Below, piece by piece: positions 17,686 through 26,367 of a stretch of 64,000 nucleotides of DNA. The translations under genes were made by a program, and so were the position numbers. The stretch is from positions 17,232-81,231 of the forward strand of contig JANQZX010000072.1 of NCBI GenBank assembly GCA_030728245.1, in the 5' to 3' direction. Source of the stretch: Saprospiraceae bacterium. Lineage in GTDB: Bacteria; Bacteroidota; Bacteroidia; Chitinophagales; Saprospiraceae. Below the pieces are notes generated by a model. The model was given only the letters and a program-made list of their open reading frames with translations, searched no databases and was not told the origin of the DNA. Positions within the stretch are counted from its first letter, which is position 1; the number at the start of each line of letters is the position of its first letter.

Positions 17686-18457
17686 ATTTATATTTTTTTT
17701 AATGTACTCCTTATTTATACAGGTTTTTTTGACTCAAACGCTGTTTGCAAACCAGGTTCCATCTCAAAATGAAATAGCAAAAGTTAATCAACTTGTGGAA
17801 AATAAGAATTTTACAGAAGCTATAGACATCTATGGCGATTGGGTAGCGTTGGGATTTGAAAGTAAATGGATATTTTACAATCTCGGTTTATTGCATGAAA
17901 AAGTGGGTGATGTTGGTTATGCGATGTATTACCTGAAAAAAGCAAAGAAAGTAGCTCCTGATGATGTATTGATTAACAATAGAATTGTTTTTTTGCAAGA
18001 AAAGATAAAGGACAAGTTTATGATTCCTATTGAAAATCATAGATTCATAGATTTGTTTTTGAAGCCTTGGGATTATTGGAGTTTAAAAGAAGCCGGTATA
18101 TTTCTTATCATAAGTTTTTGGATATTTTCCTTGTATTTTCTACTTTTTAAGGTGTTTTCTTTGTCCGGGAGATTTAAATTTTATAAACCTGTTCTTTTCA
18201 TTCAAGTTGGATTAATATGTTTTCTACTTATTCAAGGTACGAGAATTATAGATTTTAATAATAAAAAGGAGGCTATAATTCTAGACGATATTGTAAATAT
18301 ACATGAGGGCGCAGATATATTAAGCCCTAAAATTCAAACAGTACACGCTGGATTGCCTGTACTGTTTGAAGATAAAATAGGAGATTGGATTAAAGTAAGA
18401 TTATATAACGGCCAGATTGGCTGGTTGAAAAAGAACCAACTGTCTGCTATAATCTAA
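17675..18457 (+). CDS. TPR plus SH3b-domain membrane protein (BatE-like architecture)
   Basis: 260 aa: signal peptide, a TPR-like segment (YNLGLLHEKVGDVGYAMYYLKKAKKVAPDD), two TM helices and a C-terminal SH3-like GDWIKVRLYNGQIGWLKKNQL. Its start overlaps the upstream stop by 11 nt. Confidence 0.5.
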   Translation: MKIKFIFFLMYSLFIQVFLTQTLFANQVPSQNEIAKVNQLVENKNFTEAIDIYGDWVALGFESKWIFYNLGLLHEKVGDVGYAMYYLKKAKKVAPDDVLINNRIVFLQEKIKDKFMIPIENHRFIDLFLKPWDYWSLKEAGIFLIISFWIFSLYFLLFKVFSLSGRFKFYKPVLFIQVGLICFLLIQGTRIIDFNNKKEAIILDDIVNIHEGADILSPKIQTVHAGLPVLFEDKIGDWIKVRLYNGQIGWLKKNQLSAII

Positions 18458-18465
18458 ACTTTAGT

Positions 18466-18870
18466 TTAATCTTCTTTAGCAGCTTTTGGTTTCTTAGCTG
18501 CTTTTGGCTTTGCTGCAACTTCTGCAACAACAGCATCAGCTACAGAAGAAGATTTTGCTGCTTTAGCTTCAGGAGATGATTTGCTTTTACCCTGTGGTAC
18601 TTCTAAAATGGGTGCTTTAGGATCCAGGATACTAACATACGTTCTGTTATCTTTTTTACGGCGAAATACTACCGTACCATCGATATCAGCATGTAAAGTA
18701 TAGTCTTTCGATAAGTAAACATTATCACCTGGGTGAAAACGAGTACCGCGCTGTCTCACTAAAATATTACCCGCTCTGGCATATTCACCACCGAATAATT
18801 TAACACCTAATCTTTTACTTTTGCTATCCCGTCCATTATCGGAACTACCCGCACCTTTTTTATGTGCCAT
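18466..18870 (-). CDS. rpmA: 50S ribosomal protein L27 with Lys/Ala-rich C-terminal extension
   Basis: The [30 protein letters not shown]-terminus is canonical L27. The product is 134 aa and ends in ...[16 protein letters not shown]. Confidence 0.95.
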   Translation of the reverse strand: MAHKKGAGSSDNGRDSKSKRLGVKLFGGEYARAGNILVRQRGTRFHPGDNVYLSKDYTLHADIDGTVVFRRKKDNRTYVSILDPKAPILEVPQGKSKSSPEAKAAKSSSVADAVVAEVAAKPKAAKKPKAAKED

Positions 18871-18897
18871 TTTTTCGTAATTTTAAAGGATTAATAA

Positions 18898-19212
18898 TTA
18901 CTTTAAAGAAATACCTGTGATTTCAATTTTAGTAAAACACTGGCGGTGACCATTTTTTACTTTGAAACCTTTTCTTCTTTTCTTGCGAAATACAATTACC
19001 TTATCTCCTTTTTGTCTGTTTAAGACCGTTGCACTCACTGATGCTCCAGGAAGGGTAGGTTTACCCAATGAAACGGTTCCGTTGTCATCAACCAGGTGTA
19101 CCTGGTCAAAATTAACAACATCACCATTTTCGTTACTTAGCTGGTGGACATAGATCTTTTGACCTACCTCGACTTTGAATTGTTGACCAGCTATGGTTAC
19201 AATTGCGAACAT
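18898..19212 (-). CDS. rplU: 50S ribosomal protein L21
   Basis: The MFAIVTIAGQQFKVEVGQKIYV N-terminus, 104 aa, immediately upstream of rpmA. Confidence 0.95.
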   Translation of the reverse strand: MFAIVTIAGQQFKVEVGQKIYVHQLSNENGDVVNFDQVHLVDDNGTVSLGKPTLPGASVSATVLNRQKGDKVIVFRKKRRKGFKVKNGHRQCFTKIEITGISLK

Positions 19213-19238
19213 GTTATTTCGATTTAGATAATAAAACG

Positions 19239-19246
19239 CAAATATA
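19239..19246 (-). promoter_or_regulatory. Candidate -7 box (TATATTTG on minus strand) for rplU-rpmA
   Basis: Plus-strand CAAATATA is the reverse complement of TATATTTG. It lies 27 nt upstream of the rplU ATG at 19212. Confidence 0.4.
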
Positions 19247-19303
19247 CAGGTAATTTTATAGATTCAAAGAAATAAAGAGGAATTTTACTGAAGCGTTGGA
19301 GAA

Positions 19304-20581
19304 TTAAATGATATCTTCTAGTTGTAATTCAAATTCAAGGAATTGATTATCTCTCTGAATTGATATTCTCATTTTCTTGCCTATTGATCCCCTAAATTTG
19401 TTATTTATCATGTCTAATGAAAGTATTCCAGTAGATAGACCATTGATTTTTTTTATCCTATCACCTATTTGTAGTCCACTTTTGAATGCTGGTGTATTTT
19501 CAATAATTCTTAAAATGGTAAAAACATTTAAGTTATCCCCTGACGCTCCAATGATGAGGCCACTGCGGTCGTAGGGTCGTTGTTTTACTTTTTTAGGATT
19601 CTTGCTTACAATGATATTAGATGTATTATAATCAAAGATGACTTTTGAAAACGCCGATAAAATGTTATTTCCAATAATCCCGTCGCGGGGTGTTATCATT
19701 AGAGAATCAAAAAATATGGGTTTTTGTTGAAATTTTGTAATAAGTTCAGGGAAGGATTTTGATGCGAATTGAAAGTTTTTTATTCTCCCTACATATCCTT
19801 CTAATTTACCACCAAGCCCCAATCCTATGGGACTATTAAGCATTTTAACCTGAGCGTTTTTTAAGGAATCTATCGAGGTATATAATAATAGGGATAATCC
19901 AGCTCCTGTGTCAATTAAATAGTTTAACGTATTGATTTCCTCACCGTATAAATGAGTGGTACAACGAATATATGGCTTGCTCTTTATTAAGGTAAATGGT
20001 AAAAAATCAACGTTGTCTTGTTTGATTTTTATTTTATTTTTAAAATAAACGGGACTGAAAAAAGTGACCATTTGTTTTTGGTAGTCTATTTGCAAGGTAA
20101 ACCGTTTAAGAAAATCGGCGCCTAAAATACCATGAATTTGCAAGCCACTATATTCTTCAAAACGAAAGTAATCTTCTTCTAAAACTAAAATAGAACGATG
20201 GGTAGCCTGCAAATCTCCCATTTGTAAAGAAATATTTTTTGACAAATAGGCATACAACTCTTCCTGCATGTCGGCACCATAAAGCGTATATCTTTTTTGA
20301 TAATCTATATTTAAAAAATCGGCAATTTCTTTTTTGGTAAGAATGGAATATTCTGCCCCGGTATCTAAAATGAAAGTGAGCGGTAGCAGATTATTGAAAA
20401 GAACAGAAACGAGAATGAAGTTTCCTTCAAATCGGAAGGGCACTTCCTCTTTTGTAAATGTCCTGTGTTGAGCTAAATCAAATACCTGTCCCGACACTTT
20501 ATTTGAAGATAACGCCAGGAAAATTCCAATCAATATAGAATGCTTTGTCAAAAAAAAGCCATTTAATTTGCTTAAAAGCAT
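19304..20581 (-). CDS. Secreted double retropepsin-like aspartyl protease with C-terminal PDZ domain
   Basis: 425 aa with a signal peptide. Two separate D-T-G motifs (FILDTGAEYSIL and YLIDTGAGLSLL) and a PDZ-like segment GLQIGDRIKKINGL. Confidence 0.7.
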   Translation of the reverse strand: MLLSKLNGFFLTKHSILIGIFLALSSNKVSGQVFDLAQHRTFTKEEVPFRFEGNFILVSVLFNNLLPLTFILDTGAEYSILTKKEIADFLNIDYQKRYTLYGADMQEELYAYLSKNISLQMGDLQATHRSILVLEEDYFRFEEYSGLQIHGILGADFLKRFTLQIDYQKQMVTFFSPVYFKNKIKIKQDNVDFLPFTLIKSKPYIRCTTHLYGEEINTLNYLIDTGAGLSLLLYTSIDSLKNAQVKMLNSPIGLGLGGKLEGYVGRIKNFQFASKSFPELITKFQQKPIFFDSLMITPRDGIIGNNILSAFSKVIFDYNTSNIIVSKNPKKVKQRPYDRSGLIIGASGDNLNVFTILRIIENTPAFKSGLQIGDRIKKINGLSTGILSLDMINNKFRGSIGKKMRISIQRDNQFLEFELQLEDII

Positions 20582-20723
20582 ACCCTGTTTTTGTTCGTTT
20601 TAAACAATTTATTTACAAAAAAGATGATGTTAGGCAATGGTATTTTTTATTTTCCTGATGTGTTAAAGATTTACCCATTTAAGGTTTGATTTTGTAGATT
20701 TGTCAAGGAATAGCCTTTAATAT

Positions 20724-22067
20724 ATGAACATGAATGGAATTAACTATATTATTACAATTTTAGGGGCAATAAGTTGTTTGTTATCCTGCGAGGTAGATGA
20801 ATCTCTGTATCTCGAAAAGGTATCTAATCCGGCACACCTGCACAAAGCACAGAAAATGCTTACAGATGTTATGGTGCACGACATTTTTTCACCCCCTGTT
20901 GCAAGTAGAATCTATGTTTATTCCAGTATTGCTGCTTATGAAACCATGGTGTCAGGTAATCCCGGTTTTATTTCACTGGCCGGACAAATAACGGACTTAG
21001 ATAAAATTCCATCGCCCAATAAAGGACATCAGATTTGTTTTCCAGTTGCTGCCGTTCATGCTTACGTAACGGTAGGTACAAGGCTCATATTTTCTGAAGA
21101 TAAAATGGACGATTTTATATCGGAAATGCATAAAACCTATAAAGAAGCAGGGGTTCCTCAAGTTGTTTTAAATCAATCAAAAAAATATGGAGAAGAAGTA
21201 GCTAACCATATCATAGCTTGGGCTGATAAAGATAATTATAAGCAGACCAGGACATTCCCCAAATATTCAATAGACGAGGATCCTACGCGCTGGCAGCCTA
21301 CACCCCCGGCTTATATGGACGCTGTAGAGCCAAGCTGGAATAAAATTCGCCCTTTTATCATGGAAAGGGCAGATCAATTTGCTCCTCCTCCACCTACGCC
21401 GTTTAGCTCAGATGTAAACAGTCAGTTTTACAAAGAAGCTATGGAGGTTTATAATTTAGGTAATGATTCAATTTCGGTGGAGGAAAAAAAGAACATAGCC
21501 AGCTTTTGGGATTGTAATCCATTCGTAAGTCATTTTTCCGGACACGTCATGTTCGCCACCAAGAAAATTTCTCCAGGGGGACATTGGATTGGCATTACCA
21601 AATTAGCTGCCGTAAAAGCAAAATTAAATTTTATACAAACGGCGGAAGCTTATGCCTGGGTTTCTATAGGATTGGCCGATGCCTTCATTTCTTGTTGGGA
21701 TGAGAAATATAGATCAGAACTCATCAGACCTGAAACATACATTAATAAGTATATTGACGATAAATGGATGCCCACCCTTCAAACGCCTCCTTTTCCTGAA
21801 TATACAAGTGGACATAGTGTAGCTTCTGCTACTACTGCGGAAATTTTAACTCATTTATTTGGAGAGGATTTTGAATTTGAAGATACGGTTGAAAAAGAGT
21901 TTGGCCTGCCAACCAGGAAGTATCAATCGTTTAAACAGGCGGCCTCAGAAGCAGCCATGAGTCGATTATGGGGTGGTATCCACTATATGCCAGCTATAGT
22001 AAATGGTTCCCGGCAAGGGAGTAACCTGGGTTCATTTATTGTTAAAACCCTAAAAACCCAAAAGTAA
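20724..22067 (+). CDS. PAP2-superfamily lipoprotein, vanadium-dependent haloperoxidase-like
   Basis: 447 aa with lipobox LLSC. Motifs K-x6-RP (KYRSELIRP), YTSGHS and SRLWGGIH appear in the order used by PAP2/VHPO enzymes. Confidence 0.65.
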   Translation: MNMNGINYIITILGAISCLLSCEVDESLYLEKVSNPAHLHKAQKMLTDVMVHDIFSPPVASRIYVYSSIAAYETMVSGNPGFISLAGQITDLDKIPSPNKGHQICFPVAAVHAYVTVGTRLIFSEDKMDDFISEMHKTYKEAGVPQVVLNQSKKYGEEVANHIIAWADKDNYKQTRTFPKYSIDEDPTRWQPTPPAYMDAVEPSWNKIRPFIMERADQFAPPPPTPFSSDVNSQFYKEAMEVYNLGNDSISVEEKKNIASFWDCNPFVSHFSGHVMFATKKISPGGHWIGITKLAAVKAKLNFIQTAEAYAWVSIGLADAFISCWDEKYRSELIRPETYINKYIDDKWMPTLQTPPFPEYTSGHSVASATTAEILTHLFGEDFEFEDTVEKEFGLPTRKYQSFKQAASEAAMSRLWGGIHYMPAIVNGSRQGSNLGSFIVKTLKTQK

Positions 22068-23518
22068 TGGCATTATTGAAAAAATACATTTGGGTACTTC
22101 TTGGGCCTGTTTCATTTTTAATAATGAGTTTCCTGCCCGTCCCAAAAGGAATCACTCCAGAGGCATGGAAGGTACTGGCGATGGCCTCGTTAATGTTGAT
22201 TTGGTGGATTTCGGAGGCGGTACCCATTGCGGTTACTTCTCTTTTACCCTTAGTCTTGCTCCCTTCTATGGGGGTCGCAAAATTAGAGGCAGCTGCAGCA
22301 CCCTATGCCAATCCGGTAGTATATTTATTTATGGGTGGGTTTGTCATTGCACTGGCCATGGAAAAGTGGGAGCTGCATAAACGTATTGCGCTTTTTATAG
22401 TGAATCTGTCAGGTACCCATGCCAATGGAATTATTGGTGGATTTATGCTGGCAACGGCCTCTATAAGTATGTGGATTAGTAATACCGCCACAGCTATCAT
22501 GATGTTGCCCATAGGATTGTCGATTATTACGTTAATGCAAAATCAAATTATTGCTAATAAGGAAAATGAAAAGGGTCTTCGAAATTTTGCCATAGCAATG
22601 ATGTTAGCTATAGCCAGTGGGGCAAATATTGGAGGTTCAGCAACCATCATCGGAACTCCACCAAATGTTGTTTTTGCTGGTTATATGAGGGAAAACTTTA
22701 ATCTGGAAGTCACTTTTTTAACCTGGATGATGATTGGTTTGCCATTCGCTTTCATTTTATTGATTTTTGCCTACTTTGTTATTGTTAAAGTTTTATTTCC
22801 AAATAATCTGGGCGATTTTGGTGGAGCAAAAGAAATCATTAGTAACGAAATTAAAAGTTTGGGCCCCATGTCAATGGGAGAAAAATTAACCTTATTTGTT
22901 TTCGTTTCCACTGCTTTATCCTGGATATTCAGACTACAATTAGATGCCATTTTCCCCGCTCTGAAGTTGTCCGACACGACCATTGCACTTATTGCGGCTA
23001 TTTCGCTTTTTATTATTCCTGTAAGTGTAAAAAAAAAGGAGTTTCTTCTCAACTGGTCTGATACGGAGAAACTGCCTTGGGGTATTTTACTGCTTTTTGG
23101 AGGAGGTCTTAGTCTTGCGGACGCTTTGGCCAGTACGGGCATTATCAATGTAATTGGAGAACAATTTAATGGAATGGATACCGCTGGCTGGGTTTTTATT
23201 TTGGGTCTTACCACCGTTTCTTTATTTCTCACCGAAGTGATGTCAAACGTTGCTTTAGTGACTATATTTCTGCCTGTTGTCGGTGCAATCGCTGTTGGCG
23301 CTGGTATTCCACCTATACAATTATGTATTCCAGTAACCATTGCTGCCAGTTGCGCTTTTATGTTTCCTATGTCAACACCACCTAATGCCATTGTTTTTGC
23401 CAGTGGTCGCATCAGCATTGGTCAAATGGCGAAGGCAGGTTTTATTTTGAATTTATTGACCATTTTAGTCATCGCTTTTTTAGTGAAATTTCTTTTCCCT
23501 TTCGTTCTTGGAAATTAA
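22067..23518 (+). CDS. DASS/SLC13-family anion:sodium symporter
   Basis: 483 aa, polytopic, with two SNT/SNV hairpin motifs (ISNTATAIMMLP and MSNVALVTIFLP). The start ATG shares one base with the upstream TAA (TAATG at 22065-22069). Confidence 0.8.
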   Translation: MALLKKYIWVLLGPVSFLIMSFLPVPKGITPEAWKVLAMASLMLIWWISEAVPIAVTSLLPLVLLPSMGVAKLEAAAAPYANPVVYLFMGGFVIALAMEKWELHKRIALFIVNLSGTHANGIIGGFMLATASISMWISNTATAIMMLPIGLSIITLMQNQIIANKENEKGLRNFAIAMMLAIASGANIGGSATIIGTPPNVVFAGYMRENFNLEVTFLTWMMIGLPFAFILLIFAYFVIVKVLFPNNLGDFGGAKEIISNEIKSLGPMSMGEKLTLFVFVSTALSWIFRLQLDAIFPALKLSDTTIALIAAISLFIIPVSVKKKEFLLNWSDTEKLPWGILLLFGGGLSLADALASTGIINVIGEQFNGMDTAGWVFILGLTTVSLFLTEVMSNVALVTIFLPVVGAIAVGAGIPPIQLCIPVTIAASCAFMFPMSTPPNAIVFASGRISIGQMAKAGFILNLLTILVIAFLVKFLFPFVLGN

Positions 23519-23529
23519 AATAGTTGAGT

Positions 23530-24741
23530 ATGAATATTTCCATAAAGGAAATCAAACAAGTTGTTAAAGATGTAATAGCTGAAATTCAAGCCATTAGAAA
23601 TCACTTACATCAATATCCCGAATCATCTTTCAAAGAGTTTAATACGTCTGCTTTTATTGCGGAGAAGTTAAATGAATGGGGTATTTCCCCCATAACAAGT
23701 ATGGCTACAACTGGTCTTGTGGTGGTGATAGAGGGTAATAATCCTTCTCTTCGCACCGTCGCTTTGAGAGCTGATATGGATGCTTTACCTATAAATGAAT
23801 TGAATGATGTTCCGTATAAATCTGTAAACGAAGGATTTATGCATGCTTGTGGACATGACGTTCATACCGCTTGCTTACTTGGTGCGGTTAAAGTGCTTCA
23901 CCAACTCAGACATACCTTTAATGGTTCAGTTAAAGCTATTTTTCAACCTGGAGAAGAGCTCTTACCCGGTGGAGCTTCCCTTATGATTGCCGCGGGTGCT
24001 TTGAAAAATCCTGAGGTAAATGTTATTTTCGGTCAACATGTTTTTCCTGATCTTCCTGTCGGAAAAGTTGGTTTTAGATCGGGTCAGTATATGGCTTCCT
24101 GTGATGAGATTTATATGACCATAAAAGGGGTAGGAGGTCACGGTGCCATACCACATCGCTGTGTTGATCCTATTTTAATAAGTGCTCATCTTATTATTGC
24201 CTTGCAACAAGTGGTGAGTAGAACGATAAATCCAATTATTCCAGCAGTACTTACTATTGGAAAAATTGAATCTGTCGGTGGAGCAACCAATGTTATTCCT
24301 GATCAGGTTCTGTTAAAAGGTACTTTCCGCACCTTAGATGAAGGAGAAAGATTTGCCGCCCATGAAAAAATCAGGAAAATTGCCTTCTCTATCGTTGAAG
24401 GAATGGGTGGGGAACTAGACTTAAGGCTGGAAGTGGGTTATCCTGCCCTTGTTAATGATGCAGAGGTGACAGATTTAGCTAAAAGAGCAGCTATAGCGTT
24501 TTTAGGCGCCGAAAATGTGGTCGATATTCCTATTCGTATGACTGCAGAAGATTTTTCTTACTACAGTCAGGTTATTCCAAGCTGTTTTTATCGATTAGGT
24601 ACTTCCTCGCCAGATGGAAAATTTAACCATCCAGTTCATACGCCTTATTTCGATATTGATAAAGATGCTTTGGAAATAGGTGTCGGTCTTTTCGTTTGGA
24701 TTGCTTTTAATAATCTCGACCGAGCTCTGGAAAATGAATAA
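23530..24741 (+). CDS. M20D-family amidohydrolase (aminoacylase / hippurate hydrolase-like)
   Basis: MHACGHDVHTA, FQPGEE and GGHGAIPH motifs. An ATG at 23530 or a TTG at 23524 could be the start. Confidence 0.85.
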   Translation: MNISIKEIKQVVKDVIAEIQAIRNHLHQYPESSFKEFNTSAFIAEKLNEWGISPITSMATTGLVVVIEGNNPSLRTVALRADMDALPINELNDVPYKSVNEGFMHACGHDVHTACLLGAVKVLHQLRHTFNGSVKAIFQPGEELLPGGASLMIAAGALKNPEVNVIFGQHVFPDLPVGKVGFRSGQYMASCDEIYMTIKGVGGHGAIPHRCVDPILISAHLIIALQQVVSRTINPIIPAVLTIGKIESVGGATNVIPDQVLLKGTFRTLDEGERFAAHEKIRKIAFSIVEGMGGELDLRLEVGYPALVNDAEVTDLAKRAAIAFLGAENVVDIPIRMTAEDFSYYSQVIPSCFYRLGTSSPDGKFNHPVHTPYFDIDKDALEIGVGLFVWIAFNNLDRALENE

Positions 24742-24845
24742 AAAATGGAGGGTTGCAAGTTTTCAACTCCACAGAGATATTTATTCGACAGTTAAAGGTT
24801 TTTTATCCATCATGATTTTCTCGATAGGGGACATTAAATCCGTGT

Positions 24846-24875
24846 CATTCACATTGTTTGCTGTCAGTGTGAATG
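24846..24875. terminator. Stable hairpin downstream of the M20 gene (possible operon terminator)
   Basis: 11-bp stem CATTCACATTG / CAGTGTGAATG (one G-U pair) with an 8-nt loop. No clear T-run follows, so function is uncertain. Confidence 0.3.
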
Positions 24876-24991
24876 GAAATGCTTTCAAGTAGGTGTCTGA
24901 TATTCTTAATCTCATAAAGGAATCAAAGCCATATAAATGATATTTACTAATAACATATTTAATAAAAATGTAATATGTATAATATATTATA

Positions 24992-24999
24992 TATATTTG
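24992..24999 (+). promoter_or_regulatory. Candidate -7 box TATATTTG upstream of the sigma-54 activator gene
   Basis: Matches TAnnTTTG, 37 nt upstream of the ATG at 25036, inside an extremely AT-rich block. Confidence 0.3.
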
Positions 25000-25035
25000 T
25001 AATATGAATAAGTAATATGTAAATTATTGAAGGCT

Positions 25036-26313
25036 ATGGCAACTATACTACTAATTGACGACGAGGCAAGTATTCGCAGGACATTAAAAGAAATTTTGGA
25101 ATTTGAAAAATATCAAGTTCTTGAGGCTCCCGATGGATTTTCTGCCATAGATATTTTTAAAAAATCAGCTGTTGACATAGTTCTTTTAGACATTAAAATG
25201 CCTAAAATGGATGGCCTGGAAGTTTTGGATTTTCTCCAGGAAATTAATCCGGAAGTACCTGTTATCATGATCTCTGGTCATGGTAATATTGATACGGCGG
25301 TTGAGGCTGTCAAAAAAGGGGCCTTTGACTATATTTCTAAACCACCTGATTTAAACAGATTATTGATTACCCTCCGAAATGCACAGGAGAGACATTCCTT
25401 GGTAGTAGAAACAAAATCTCTAAAGAGGAAGATTTCAAGGGCTGGTTTACAGGACATCATCGGCGATTGTCCACAAATTATAGCGGTAAAAGAAACCATA
25501 CAGCAAATAGCTCCATCCGAGGCCAGAGTACTCATTACTGGGCCAAATGGTTCTGGTAAAGAATTGGTTGCCAAATGGATACATGAAGGGAGCCAAAGAA
25601 ATAATGCCGCATTAATTGAAGTAAATTGTGCTGCCATCCCTTCAGAGTTGATAGAGAGCGAGTTGTTTGGACACGAGAAGGGATCTTTTACTTCGGCACA
25701 CAAGCAAAAATTGGGGAAATTTGAACAAGCACACGGTGGAACACTTTTTCTGGATGAGATTGGAGATATGAGTTTATCTGCTCAAGCAAAGGTATTGAGA
25801 GTACTACAAGAAAATACACTTTCCAGAGTTGGAGGTGAAAAGGATATTAAGGTAGATGTTAGAATCATTGCCGCAACAAACAAGGATTTACATGAGGAAA
25901 TTGCGGCAGGACGGTTTAGAGAGGATTTATATCATCGGTTAGCTGTTATTGTATTGCCTGTGCCAGCACTGTGCAATAGGAGAGAGGACATTCCCGCTTT
26001 AATAGATCATTTCATAAAAATTGTTTGTAAAGAATATGGCATTCCATGTAAAAAAATAGAAATGGATGCGGTGAATACTTTGACAAAGCTTCCCTGGACT
26101 GGAAACATTAGGGAACTTCGAAATGTAATTGAAAGGCTTATTATATTAAGTCAACATAAAATTACGCTATCTGAGGTAGAAAAATATGTTATTCCTGTTT
26201 CATTTTCAAGGGTAAAAAATCAAAACTGGTTGAATACATTTACTTCTGCAGAGGAGGCTCACCGATATATAGATAAACATTTTCAATGGAGCGTAAAAGA
26301 ATATTCTGTTTAA
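25036..26313 (+). CDS. Sigma-54-dependent response regulator (NtrC-family receiver plus AAA+ domain)
   Basis: Receiver domain ILLIDDE...LLDIKMPKMDG. AAA+ domain with Walker A GPNGSGKE, the GAFTGA-equivalent GSFTSA, Walker B LFLDEIGD and the GNIRELRN sensor. Start taken at the ATG at 25036. Confidence 0.9.
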   Translation: MATILLIDDEASIRRTLKEILEFEKYQVLEAPDGFSAIDIFKKSAVDIVLLDIKMPKMDGLEVLDFLQEINPEVPVIMISGHGNIDTAVEAVKKGAFDYISKPPDLNRLLITLRNAQERHSLVVETKSLKRKISRAGLQDIIGDCPQIIAVKETIQQIAPSEARVLITGPNGSGKELVAKWIHEGSQRNNAALIEVNCAAIPSELIESELFGHEKGSFTSAHKQKLGKFEQAHGGTLFLDEIGDMSLSAQAKVLRVLQENTLSRVGGEKDIKVDVRIIAATNKDLHEEIAAGRFREDLYHRLAVIVLPVPALCNRREDIPALIDHFIKIVCKEYGIPCKKIEMDAVNTLTKLPWTGNIRELRNVIERLIILSQHKITLSEVEKYVIPVSFSRVKNQNWLNTFTSAEEAHRYIDKHFQWSVKEYSV

Positions 26314-26367
26314 ACTTAGCTTGCTTTCATGTTGTTATACCTAGTTGTAAACTTAAAAAAATATAAC

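Noticed and set aside
22771-23418. 215-aa ORF on the minus strand
   Set aside because: It is entirely antisense to the well-supported DASS transporter gene. It has no motifs and an Ala/Pro/Ile-rich mirror composition, so it is a shadow ORF.
24747-24772. Hairpin GGAGGGTTG...CAACTCC immediately after the M20 stop as a terminator
   Set aside because: The stem needs a 2-nt bulge and no T-run follows. The stronger hairpin at 24846-24875 is reported instead, itself with low confidence.
24680-24892. 70-aa plus-strand ORF
   Set aside because: It begins inside the 3' end of the M20 gene in another frame and runs into the non-coding spacer and hairpin. It has no motif.
25329-25703. 124-aa minus-strand ORF
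   Set aside because: Antisense to the AAA+ domain of the sigma-54 activator. It is a shadow ORF.
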